From the NCBI GenBank assembly GCA_035354195.1, contig DAOQAT010000006.1:12842-76841 (forward strand): a stretch of 64,000 nt of DNA, written 5' to 3'. This document shows positions 30,145 to 39,033 of this stretch, piece after piece. Position 1 is the stretch's first letter. Every line of letters starts with the position of its first letter. The notes beneath the pieces are model-generated. The model ran no database searches. It was not told where the DNA came from and saw only the letters and a program-made list of their open reading frames with translations. A program made the position numbers and the translations under genes. This DNA is from Bacteroidales bacterium (GTDB lineage Bacteria > Bacteroidota > Bacteroidia > Bacteroidales > CAIWKO01).

Positions 30145-31185
30145 ATGAAAAAGTATCCTTTTATTTTACTTCTCGCTGCTTTTCTGATGTTCCTTGCCGG
30201 TTCATGCAAAAAAGAAACACCACCGGATGACGATAATACTGATATCACCACCAACCATGGTGTCTTCATTGTGAATGAAGGTAATTTTCAGTGGAGTAAT
30301 GCCTCCGTTACTTTTTATGATTTTGCCAACGGCAATTATGTCGAAAATATTTTCCAGCAAGTCAATAACAGGCCGCTGGGCGATGTGGCCCAATCGATCT
30401 GTATTTATAATGGGTTGGCATACATTGTCGTGAACAATTCAAACAAGATTGAGGTGGTAAACCTGAGCAATTTTGCATCCACCGCCGTGATCAGCGGGCT
30501 TGTTTCCCCGCGTTATTTTTTGCCGGTGAGTGCAGCGAAGGCCTATGTCACCGACCTGTACAGCAACAGTATCAGCATTATTGATTTAAATACCAATGCA
30601 AAAACAGGTGAAATAATGTGCAAAGGAAGTACTGAAGAAATGGTGTTGCACGACCAAACTGTTTTTGTAACGAATACCAGAAAAGACAAGATTTATCTGA
30701 TCAATACGATGACGGATGAGATTACCGACAGCATTCAGGTGGGTTTTGCCTCCAATTCGCTCCAATTGGATAAAAATGGAAAATTATGGGTGATGTGTGC
30801 CGGGGATCAGACAAACAGTATTAATGCATCACTTTACCAAGTGGATGTTCAGCAAAAGGTTGTTGAACAAAGCTTCCAGCTTGGTACTCCCCTGAATATC
30901 TGGGATAAAATGAGAATGAACACAACCAAAGACACCATTTATTATTTGTGTAACGGCGTTTATCGCATGCCTGTTGCTGATACTGTTTTGCCCGATGAGA
31001 CATTTATTCAACAAGGAAGCAGCTTGTTTCACGGGCTGGCGGTCAATCCGTTAAATAACAACATTTTTGTAGCCGACGCCGTTGATTACGTTCAGAAGGG
31101 CAGGGTTAATTATTACGATGCAAATGGGACGTTGCTGGGAACCATCAATACAGGGATAATACCCGTAGATTTTTATTTTTATTAA
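30145..31185 (+). CDS. beta-propeller lipoprotein (YncE/DUF5074-like, candidate BtuG-like corrinoid-binding protein)
   Basis: ATG lies 1 nt after the previous stop. Lipobox FLAGSC. GVFIVNEGNFQWSNASVTFYD...LGDVAQSI...YIVVNNSNKIEVV is the pattern of YncE-like propellers found in Bacteroidota B12 loci. Confidence 0.6.
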   Translation: MKKYPFILLLAAFLMFLAGSCKKETPPDDDNTDITTNHGVFIVNEGNFQWSNASVTFYDFANGNYVENIFQQVNNRPLGDVAQSICIYNGLAYIVVNNSNKIEVVNLSNFASTAVISGLVSPRYFLPVSAAKAYVTDLYSNSISIIDLNTNAKTGEIMCKGSTEEMVLHDQTVFVTNTRKDKIYLINTMTDEITDSIQVGFASNSLQLDKNGKLWVMCAGDQTNSINASLYQVDVQQKVVEQSFQLGTPLNIWDKMRMNTTKDTIYYLCNGVYRMPVADTVLPDETFIQQGSSLFHGLAVNPLNNNIFVADAVDYVQKGRVNYYDANGTLLGTINTGIIPVDFYFY

Positions 31186-31195
31186 GAAACTGCTT

Positions 31196-31834
31196 CTAAA
31201 GCCTGTCCAGATATACAATTCCATTCAGGTGGTCGATCTCATGCTGAAAAATAACAGCAGTGAAATTACTTCCTGAATAACCTTCAATAAGCTCGGTATT
31301 ATGAGTCCCGTCGGGCCTGTCATAATCTACCACAACAGCAGAATAGCGATGGCTTGTTCCGGACATGCCGGGAACAGACAAACATCCATCACCGACAAAA
31401 CTGATGGCCTTATTGGAATAGAGGATGATTTTCGGATTCAGGTAACATTCAAAAGGCATCCCGGTCTTGTCGCGGCGCTGAACCCAGATGATGTTACGGT
31501 TAATTCCCACCTGCGGGGCGGCAATCCCGACGCCATCCTCGGCAAGTACCGTTACCTTCATCCGTGCGGTTAGCCGGTTCAGGGTAGCGGTATCGTTAAA
31601 ATTAACATCAATGGATTGTTTCCGTAAAATGAGTGAGTCAGCATGGATAAAATAGTTCATCACGTACATGGCAGAATCACTGCTGTTGTTGTAAATGAGC
31701 GCTTTTTCCGCATCGGTAAATGCCAGTTCATCAACCGGTGTATTATCTTCAGGCTCGTCTTTTTTGCATTGGCCGAAAACCAGCATGGTGCTGAACAGCA
31801 GAATAATCAAATAAAACCTGGAATCTATTTTCAT
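31196..31834 (-). CDS. peptide deformylase-like protein with a lipoprotein-type signal peptide and an N-terminal extension
   Basis: PDF motifs GVGIAAPQVG, DGCLSVPG (E to D in motif 2) and HEIDHLNG. N-terminus MKIDSRFYLIILLFSTMLVFGQCKKD plus an extra ~60 aa. Confidence 0.75.
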   Translation of the reverse strand: MKIDSRFYLIILLFSTMLVFGQCKKDEPEDNTPVDELAFTDAEKALIYNNSSDSAMYVMNYFIHADSLILRKQSIDVNFNDTATLNRLTARMKVTVLAEDGVGIAAPQVGINRNIIWVQRRDKTGMPFECYLNPKIILYSNKAISFVGDGCLSVPGMSGTSHRYSAVVVDYDRPDGTHNTELIEGYSGSNFTAVIFQHEIDHLNGIVYLDRL

Positions 31835-32038
31835 TTTTCTAAAATTGGTTTAATACCTGCAAATATAAAATTATTTGCTTACAAAACAATGAAACAAAAG
31901 ATTGATCATCAATGGATTTAAACCGGGTTTTATGTTGGGGGAAATTATTAAAGCTCTATTGGGTAACGGTAGCATCCCTAAATTTGTTTTTTATGATTTG
32001 CGTCAAAACAAACCATTTAGTTAAATCATGAAAAATAA

Positions 32039-32046
32039 TAACTTTG
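32039..32046 (+). promoter_or_regulatory. -7 promoter box TAACTTTG upstream of the GT2 gene
   Basis: Matches TAnnTTTG, 31 nt upstream of the ATG at 32077. Confidence 0.45.
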
Positions 32047-32076
32047 TACATCTGATCATCGAAAATAAAAGGAGAC

Positions 32077-33003
32077 ATGAAACTAATTTCTATCGTAATA
32101 CCTTGCTATAATGAAGGCGAGAATGTGGACCTTATTTGTAACAAAATATTTGAAAACGACTTATCCGAAAGTAAAGTCGAAATATTATTTGTGGATGACG
32201 GCAGCATGGACGACACATTATCACGGATTAAACGCCTGTCAGAAATTTATACCGATAAGGTAAATTACATTTCATTATCCCGGAATTTTGGTCATCAGAA
32301 TGCTTTATTTGCAGGCATTTCAAAAGCAAAAGGCGATTGTGTCATCATGATGGACAGTGACTTGCAGCATCCGGTGGAATTAATACCGGAGATGATCAAA
32401 AAATGGAACGAAGGTTATGAGATTGTTTATACAATCCGGGAGAAGGATCCTTCACTTTCTTTCTTTAAAAATGCCACATCCAAAATCTACTATAAACTGC
32501 TGAATGCTTTTTCTGATGTTCAGGTTGATGCCGGAGCAGCTGATTTCAGGCTGATTGACAAGAAAGTAGCAACTGTGTTACAACAGGATATCAATGAGAG
32601 TTTTTTGTTTTTAAGGGGCATTTTTAATTGGGTTGGCTTCAACAGGTACGCCATAACTTATAAACCAAACAAACGGGTTTCGGGCGAAACAAAATACACC
32701 TTTAAAAAAATGCTGACACTGGCAACCAGCGGTATATTTTCGTTTTCTATTAAACCTTTGAAGTTGGCTACCTACCTGGGATTGATCGTGTCTGCACTGT
32801 CATTTTGTTATGGGTTTTACGCGCTGATGATGAATATTTTTTCAGATAAAACGGTCAGCGGCTGGACCTCCGTAATTATCAGTGTATTGTTTGTTGGCGG
32901 TATCATTATGATTTTGCTTGGGATTATCGGCGAATATATTGGCCGGATATATCTGGAAGTCAAAAAACGGCCTCGGTTTCTAATCAAGGAAACCAATTAT
33001 TGA
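32077..33003 (+). CDS. GT2 polyprenyl-phosphate glycosyltransferase (GtrB/ArnC/DPM1-like)
   Basis: ISIVIPCYNEGENV, VDDGSMDDT and the DXD motif MMDSDLQHP. Two C-terminal TM helices, as in GtrB/ArnC. Confidence 0.85.
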   Translation: MKLISIVIPCYNEGENVDLICNKIFENDLSESKVEILFVDDGSMDDTLSRIKRLSEIYTDKVNYISLSRNFGHQNALFAGISKAKGDCVIMMDSDLQHPVELIPEMIKKWNEGYEIVYTIREKDPSLSFFKNATSKIYYKLLNAFSDVQVDAGAADFRLIDKKVATVLQQDINESFLFLRGIFNWVGFNRYAITYKPNKRVSGETKYTFKKMLTLATSGIFSFSIKPLKLATYLGLIVSALSFCYGFYALMMNIFSDKTVSGWTSVIISVLFVGGIIMILLGIIGEYIGRIYLEVKKRPRFLIKETNY

Positions 33004-33106
33004 AAAAGGCGTATGATTTATCTGATGTCAATAACATTGTAAAAATGATAACTATTTATTACGGTATTAAATTCCCCAAAGCTTTAACTTTTTAATATTT
33101 TTTCTG

Positions 33107-34714
33107 ATGTTCTTCAATAAACTTAAAAAAAATTTGAAAAGGATTAAAATCCCTCAAAACATAAAATTTAGTCTCATTATAATTAGTATTGCTTTTTTAT
33201 ATAATTTTCAAAGCATCATAAAGTATCCTCCATATTCTACGCACCGCTGGAGACAGGCGGATGCTTATTCCATTACTTTGAATTATTATGAGGAAGGAAT
33301 GGGTTTTTTTGAGCCCAAAATGCATTTTCAGGGCTCAATTGAAGGAAGGGGAGTGGGAGAATTTCCGATTATTTATTTTTTGAATGCATGTATATGGAAA
33401 ATTACCTCTCCAAATTACATAACATTCCGGTTGATTAATCTTATCATTGTCTTTTTGGGTCTGCTCTGTTTGTTTAAGACAGCCTTGTTCATCCTAAAAG
33501 ATTTTTTTTGGGCCTGTGCCATTCCTTTGATCTTAATTTCCTCACCACTTTTTGCGTATTATTCAAATAACTTTCTTGTGAATGTACCTGCACTTAGTTT
33601 TATTTTTATTGCGTGGTATTTTCTTACTTTGTTTTCTTCAGGAAAAAAGATGCGGTACTTATGGTTTTCTGTTGTATTTATGGCGCTTTCTTTCCTGTTG
33701 AGGCCTTCAATGATAATAGCTGTTACGCCGGTATTTTTACTATTATTTCTGGAATTATTCGGGCTGCTCAAATCGAACATTTTTTATAAAAAAACCATTC
33801 ACCTGCCGGTATTATTATTGCCGGTTGTTATATCTATTGCCTGGATACTGTTTTCAAAACATTATAATGAGGTAAATAATTCCGAATATTTTCTGACCAC
33901 CATCAGGCCTTCCTGGAAAGCTGAGAATGTTGAACATATCTGGTCGCAATTTTATAATGTTATTTTACCTGTTTTTCATTTTCCCGGAATGTTATTTATT
34001 ATAACTACATTGTTAATTGGCATGATGGTCACATGGAAAAAGCAAAACAAATATTTTTTAATTTTTACGTTAACGCTTAGTCTGGAATTGATTTTTTATA
34101 TTATGCTTTGGTTTGAAAATCTTGATGTTCATGATTATTATTTGATAGAACTATTCCTGATCATTGCACCCTTGTTCATAGGCTTTTTATTATTTCTTAA
34201 AAATGAAAACCCACATATTTTTTATTCGAAAAAAATCAAAATACTGGTATTTATTGTTCTTCTATTTTTCACATATTCTTGCGCCATAAAAGTGAGAATC
34301 AAATATAATGTTGACCATCCGATTTTCGGGACGCATATTGTTTTATCTGAAGAAGAAATAAAATATTGGGAGTATATTAAGTGGGATAATGATACCAGGT
34401 ACAAAGCTTATGAAACGGTAACTCCTTACATCCGTTCTCTGGGAATCAACCGCAAGGATATCGTGGTCAGCATTACAGATCCAAGCCCAAATATTTCCTT
34501 GTCACTCATGGATCAGAAAGGATTTACTTCGCTTTATTATACCGACATGTCCGAAGATGAACGGATCAGGATGTTTATCCAGAGAGGTGCAAAATACCTG
34601 TTTATCAATGATCCAAAACTATATGAAAATCCAAAATTAGCTGATTTTACAAAAAATAAAATCGGTCAATTTATGAATATTGATATATACGATCTTCGGG
34701 GTGTTCGATTTTGA
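33107..34714 (+). CDS. polytopic membrane protein, GT-C-like glycosyltransferase candidate (paralog 1, 535 aa)
   Basis: About 11-13 hydrophobic helices. Conserved first loop YPPYSTHRWRQADAYSITLNYYEEGMGFFEPK...GEFPIIYF. C-terminal soluble domain YKAYETVTPYIRSLGINRKDIVVSITDPSPNISLSLMDQKGF. Paralogous to 34755..36839. Confidence 0.55.
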   Translation: MFFNKLKKNLKRIKIPQNIKFSLIIISIAFLYNFQSIIKYPPYSTHRWRQADAYSITLNYYEEGMGFFEPKMHFQGSIEGRGVGEFPIIYFLNACIWKITSPNYITFRLINLIIVFLGLLCLFKTALFILKDFFWACAIPLILISSPLFAYYSNNFLVNVPALSFIFIAWYFLTLFSSGKKMRYLWFSVVFMALSFLLRPSMIIAVTPVFLLLFLELFGLLKSNIFYKKTIHLPVLLLPVVISIAWILFSKHYNEVNNSEYFLTTIRPSWKAENVEHIWSQFYNVILPVFHFPGMLFIITTLLIGMMVTWKKQNKYFLIFTLTLSLELIFYIMLWFENLDVHDYYLIELFLIIAPLFIGFLLFLKNENPHIFYSKKIKILVFIVLLFFTYSCAIKVRIKYNVDHPIFGTHIVLSEEEIKYWEYIKWDNDTRYKAYETVTPYIRSLGINRKDIVVSITDPSPNISLSLMDQKGFTSLYYTDMSEDERIRMFIQRGAKYLFINDPKLYENPKLADFTKNKIGQFMNIDIYDLRGVRF

Positions 34715-34754
34715 AAAGGTTAACAAAAGCAGATGATTTTAAAGTGAATAAAAA

Positions 34755-36839
34755 TTATTCAGGAATACCTGAAAGGCAAATTTCAATATCATCAAAATAA
34801 ACATTTTTACCACTTCCAGGATTAAAAACATAAATGGAGAGGTCCTTACCATCCATATTTTGCGGGACTACAATTTCTGATGAAATCTGTTGCCAGTCTT
34901 TGGATTCTCGAGTATCTGTCATTGAATTAAAATTATAATAATCATCAGGATTGGCCGCGGATATGCATATTCCGGCATCACTGCCAGTTTCTGAATATCG
35001 CCAGACTGTTACTCTGATGATCTGATTTGCATGTACAGCCTGAATAATGGCCGTAAAACCATAGCGGTTATTCTCATCCAGAAAAATGGAGAATTTGCCG
35101 CTGTGCGATTTCAATTGGGTTCTTAAATTTGTATTAGCAAATTTAATCAGGTTGGGGGTGCTTCTAAAAAAATTAGTGTCTATATCCAATGCTTCTGCAT
35201 TGCAGGAGATTTTTTTGCAAGGTAAATATTTGTTACTGATATCGTAAATGGAAATATTTTGATATTGCCCAATTTTATTAGAAAGTACCTTATTAATAAT
35301 CGAATCATGCAACAATGTAGTATCACTAAGAACAAAATATTTTATTTTAAGGTCTTTATAATAATCCAGATATTTCAATAATTCCACCCCGTTATCCCTT
35401 GGTACCGGAACACCCCATTGACCCATCAGGTATAAGGTAACATTAGGAGTTGGGTCGGGAAATGTAAACACAGGATCTTTTTCGCTTATCCCGATAGAAC
35501 GTAAATATGGGGTAATGGTTTCGAAAGCTTTTCTTTCAATCGGATAAATCCAATGCTGGTATTTATATGCATCAACTTCATGCCTTGAAAGCAAAGCGGA
35601 ATATTCGTAATCCGGGTTGTTGCCATCCGCATACCTGGCGCCAATTTTTACATGCCCCCAATAAATAGATATCAGGACAATAACCAACATGGGGATTTTC
35701 AGTTTTAGCGATCGAAATAATCCGGGATAATCTGTCTTAAGATATTTAAAAAAAGTAAGGCAGGTTGCCGGGATAAAGATCAAATAGTTTATCAGGTGGT
35801 AATCATGGTCATTGTATGCCTGAAACCATAATGACATTCCTGAAATACAGGTAATGAAAATGAAAATATTAATAATGATTAATCGGGAGTCTTGTTTTTT
35901 ATAGTTCAGAATAACAATTATGAAAAATGTCATTATGGTGAACAATCCCAAAATATTGAAATAATTACCTGACTGATAATCTAAAAGAATTCGGAATGTC
36001 AATATTATTTTTGCGAATTCTAAATCCCAGATGGGTAAAAGGCCGGTCTGAAATAATTTACTATCCGTAGGGCCAAAATGGATTTCATTGTAATTAATGG
36101 CGTAAATATACCAGGTAAGTACAATGGTACAAACTAAAATAAAAAGAATAAGAGTTACCAGCGGTTTTTTAAAAAGTGGTTTTTCAAATCGTTTTATTTT
36201 AGTCCATTCGAGTATGAAAAGGCTTAGCAGAATAAGAAAACTGATACCGGATGTTATTTTGATCAGCATAGCCAGACAAAAAAATGCCAGCACGCAAATC
36301 AGGTTAATAAGTTTGTAATTATGAAGATACCTGATAAAAAAATACCAGCCAATAAAAGCAAAACTCAGGCCCGGAACGTCAGTTAAGAAATTGTTTCCAT
36401 AATAAATCAGAATGGGTGAAGAAAATAACCATAAAGGAAGGATGATCTGCCAGAAAGGCTCATTAAGTATGTACTGGAAAACTTTGAAAAGGGCGAGCAA
36501 TCCCAGAAACATGATCAGAACTACGAATAATCTGTAAATCCACTCATGATAACCGAAAACTTTCCATAGTTGTGCAACGATAAAATATATTATCGGGAAT
36601 TCAGCTGTCGCCTTACCTTCGAAGTTTTTTCCGGTTTTATAGTTGATCTGAGGTTTGAAAAAATCATTACCACATTTATAGTAGTTGTAAGTAAACGAAA
36701 GGCAGTCGCATTGCCTGTGCTGATGAATGGATGTTGGCCGGTATGTGAAAATTTTATCATACCTATAAAAAAAACACAATACGGTGAAAAAGAGTATAAA
36801 AAGCACTAAACTGTATTTCGCGGATAATAGTTTTTTCAT
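34755..36839 (-). CDS. polytopic membrane protein, GT-C-like glycosyltransferase candidate (paralog 2) with an extra C-terminal ~154-aa beta-rich domain
   Basis: Shares YRPTSIHQHRQCDCLSFTYNYYKCGNDFFKPQ...AEFPIIYF and RKAFETITPYLRSIGISEKDPVFTFPDPTPNVTLYLMGQWGV with paralog 1. ATG at 36839 (MKKLLSAKYSL) preferred over the TTG at 36854. Confidence 0.55.
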   Translation of the reverse strand: MKKLLSAKYSLVLFILFFTVLCFFYRYDKIFTYRPTSIHQHRQCDCLSFTYNYYKCGNDFFKPQINYKTGKNFEGKATAEFPIIYFIVAQLWKVFGYHEWIYRLFVVLIMFLGLLALFKVFQYILNEPFWQIILPLWLFSSPILIYYGNNFLTDVPGLSFAFIGWYFFIRYLHNYKLINLICVLAFFCLAMLIKITSGISFLILLSLFILEWTKIKRFEKPLFKKPLVTLILFILVCTIVLTWYIYAINYNEIHFGPTDSKLFQTGLLPIWDLEFAKIILTFRILLDYQSGNYFNILGLFTIMTFFIIVILNYKKQDSRLIIINIFIFITCISGMSLWFQAYNDHDYHLINYLIFIPATCLTFFKYLKTDYPGLFRSLKLKIPMLVIVLISIYWGHVKIGARYADGNNPDYEYSALLSRHEVDAYKYQHWIYPIERKAFETITPYLRSIGISEKDPVFTFPDPTPNVTLYLMGQWGVPVPRDNGVELLKYLDYYKDLKIKYFVLSDTTLLHDSIINKVLSNKIGQYQNISIYDISNKYLPCKKISCNAEALDIDTNFFRSTPNLIKFANTNLRTQLKSHSGKFSIFLDENNRYGFTAIIQAVHANQIIRVTVWRYSETGSDAGICISAANPDDYYNFNSMTDTRESKDWQQISSEIVVPQNMDGKDLSIYVFNPGSGKNVYFDDIEICLSGIPE

Positions 36840-36884
36840 ATTACGAAAGCCCAAAAGTTATTTTTATCCCTTTATAAATCATTG

Positions 36885-36892
36885 CAAATATA
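36885..36892 (-). promoter_or_regulatory. -7 promoter box TATATTTG (minus strand) upstream of GT-C paralog 2
   Basis: The plus strand reads caaatata. 46 nt upstream of the ATG at 36839. Confidence 0.4.
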
Positions 36893-37067
36893 CATAAACC
36901 TGATAAAAACTTCTTGTTTTGAATGTTTCGTCTAAGGGTGTCAGGAATTCATTGCAAAACACCAAATATAACAAAGCGATCCGGTGCTGCTGTGGGAGTA
37001 TGGCCATTGAATAGTTTTCAATAATAAATTTGGCGGATTACATGCAGTTTTTACAAATAATACAGTT

Positions 37068-37712
37068 TTATTTTGATATTCTTTCATAGTCTTTTAACAA
37101 TTCAGCAAACTCACTTAATATCATAGCCGTGGCTCCCCAGATGGTCAAATCCTTAACATCATAATATAAGGTGTCAAATTCACTTCCGTTTTGGATGCGG
37201 ATCTTTTTTGAACGGACATTTTTGTTTCCTGCAAATTCATTGATTTCAACCGGAATGATTTTTTTTACTTCATGTTTATCGGGGACCAGTTCGTTCATTT
37301 CTGTACAATAGGCAATAAAGGGCCTTACCCTGAAATTGCTGGGGGGAATATACAGATCGGTGAGGCTCCCAATGATATGAACCCTGTCGGGTTGCAAACC
37401 AATTTCTTCTTCAGTTTCGCGAAGCGCCGTATGTTCAAGTGACCCATCTGATGTATGATAACTGCCCCCCGGAAAAGAGATCTGGTCGCTGTGTACACCT
37501 TTATATGTATGCCTTTGGGTAAGGATCGTGCATATTTTATTATGGTCTTCGAAAAGCAGTAACAAAACGCTGCTTTTCCTGGCCTTCTCAGGAATAGGAT
37601 CGAATTCCGGTAATCGTACCAATGGCAGCATTTTAAAGTGTGCCTGCTTACCGGGAAGTTCGTGAGCTAGTCTAATTTTTAGAAAATCAGTTAATTGTAT
37701 AAGTCCTGACAT
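37068..37712 (-). CDS. NUDIX hydrolase, CoA pyrophosphatase-like
   Basis: ILTQRHTYKGVHSDQISFPGGSYH...ALRETEEEIGL contains the Nudix box plus the upstream CoA-pyrophosphatase-type motif. Confidence 0.75.
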   Translation of the reverse strand: MSGLIQLTDFLKIRLAHELPGKQAHFKMLPLVRLPEFDPIPEKARKSSVLLLLFEDHNKICTILTQRHTYKGVHSDQISFPGGSYHTSDGSLEHTALRETEEEIGLQPDRVHIIGSLTDLYIPPSNFRVRPFIAYCTEMNELVPDKHEVKKIIPVEINEFAGNKNVRSKKIRIQNGSEFDTLYYDVKDLTIWGATAMILSEFAELLKDYERISK

Positions 37713-37849
37713 GGTTTCAAATAAATTTTGTGGTCGTTTATCAGATTATGAAAGCAACTTTTTATGATAAAAATGGTAATTATAGTTACTAACAAATTGG
37801 GGTGTTAGTAAAAATTTCATAAAAAATGTTAAAATGAAAAAAATATTAT

Positions 37850-37857
37850 TACCTTTG
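37850..37857 (+). promoter_or_regulatory. -7 promoter box TACCTTTG
   Basis: Matches TAnnTTTG, 41 nt upstream of the ATG at 37898. Confidence 0.4.
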
Positions 37858-37897
37858 CGGAGTTAAAATTGAAATTAATAACCAAAAAAAAAGAAAC

Positions 37898-38329
37898 ATG
37901 AAAAAATTATTTAGTTTAGTAATTGCAGCTATCGTAGTTGTAGCATTCGCATCATGCGGCGACAAAGCAAACACTCCAGAAGCAGTGGCAGAAAAATATC
38001 TGAACCACCTGAACAAAAAAGAATTTGACGAAGCTAAGAAAATTGCTACTGAAGAAACCGGCCAAATGCTTGATATGATGAAAAGTTTTTCAGGTGTTGG
38101 TGGTGCTCAGGAAGTAAAAGAAGTAAAAATTGAAAACCTGAAATGCGAAACAACTGAAGATAAATCAGTATGTAAATACACCGCTGAAGGTAAAGAAGAA
38201 AGCCTTGATTTAGTAAAAAAAGATGGCAAATGGTTAGTTGATCAGAAAAAAGAAGGTGCTGGCGAAACTCCAACCACTGAAGAAGTACCAGCAGATTCAA
38301 CTGCAACTACTGAAGCTCCTGCCGAATAA
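37898..38329 (+). CDS. DUF4878-like lipoprotein
   Basis: Lipobox VAFASCGDK. PEAVAEKYLNHLNKKEFDEAKK is typical of DUF4878. Low-complexity acidic/Thr tail. Confidence 0.6.
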   Translation: MKKLFSLVIAAIVVVAFASCGDKANTPEAVAEKYLNHLNKKEFDEAKKIATEETGQMLDMMKSFSGVGGAQEVKEVKIENLKCETTEDKSVCKYTAEGKEESLDLVKKDGKWLVDQKKEGAGETPTTEEVPADSTATTEAPAE

Positions 38330-38357
38330 TTAATAGTTGTACTATGCGCATTGATAA

Positions 38358-39014
38358 ATGAAAAGAACAATTGTAATAATTTTCATTATCATTTTATCGA
38401 TAGCAGCATCATTAAGGTTGTTCCTGTATGCCTATGAACATCATAGCATGCAGGAACAATCTTTTTATAGATATACCCTGTCCAAAGAAGAATTGGCTAA
38501 AATCCAGGACGGTGACATCATTCTACGACATGGTTACGGGCTGGTCAGCGATATGATCGTGGAGCAACTGGATGAAAAGTATGATATTTCTCATTGCTCT
38601 ATTGTTTGTAAAACTGATACTAATTATACGGTGATCCATTCCGTTTCCAGCTCGCTTTCAGATGTAGACGGAGTGCAATCACAGGACCTGAAAAATTTTA
38701 TTAACGAAAGCCAGTATAATTCTGTTATTGTAATCCGGTATAAGCCAAAAATTGATAAGCCGCGGTCGGCAATCAGCCGTAAGGCAAAATATTATCTTGG
38801 CCAGCATATCCCGTTTGACAATGCCTTTGATATAAATGATAGTTCTGAATTTTACTGCACGGAACTATTGTGGAAAGTCATCCTGAACGAATACGGCGAT
38901 GACATTATGCAGGGTAAAAACAACGAACGTAAAGACCATTTGCGCTTCGATACCTTTCTCGATACCACAAGATTTGACATAATAATTAACCACCACCTCA
39001 GAAAAAAATCCTGA
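38358..39014 (+). CDS. YiiX/YaeF-like permuted papain-fold (C92) amidase with an N-terminal TM anchor
   Basis: GDIILRHGYGLVSDMI...SHCSIV...VIHSVS and a late catalytic-type Cys in EFYCTELLWKV. Confidence 0.65.
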   Translation: MKRTIVIIFIIILSIAASLRLFLYAYEHHSMQEQSFYRYTLSKEELAKIQDGDIILRHGYGLVSDMIVEQLDEKYDISHCSIVCKTDTNYTVIHSVSSSLSDVDGVQSQDLKNFINESQYNSVIVIRYKPKIDKPRSAISRKAKYYLGQHIPFDNAFDINDSSEFYCTELLWKVILNEYGDDIMQGKNNERKDHLRFDTFLDTTRFDIIINHHLRKKS

Positions 39015-39033
39015 AGCGCGCCGGTTAATTTTT

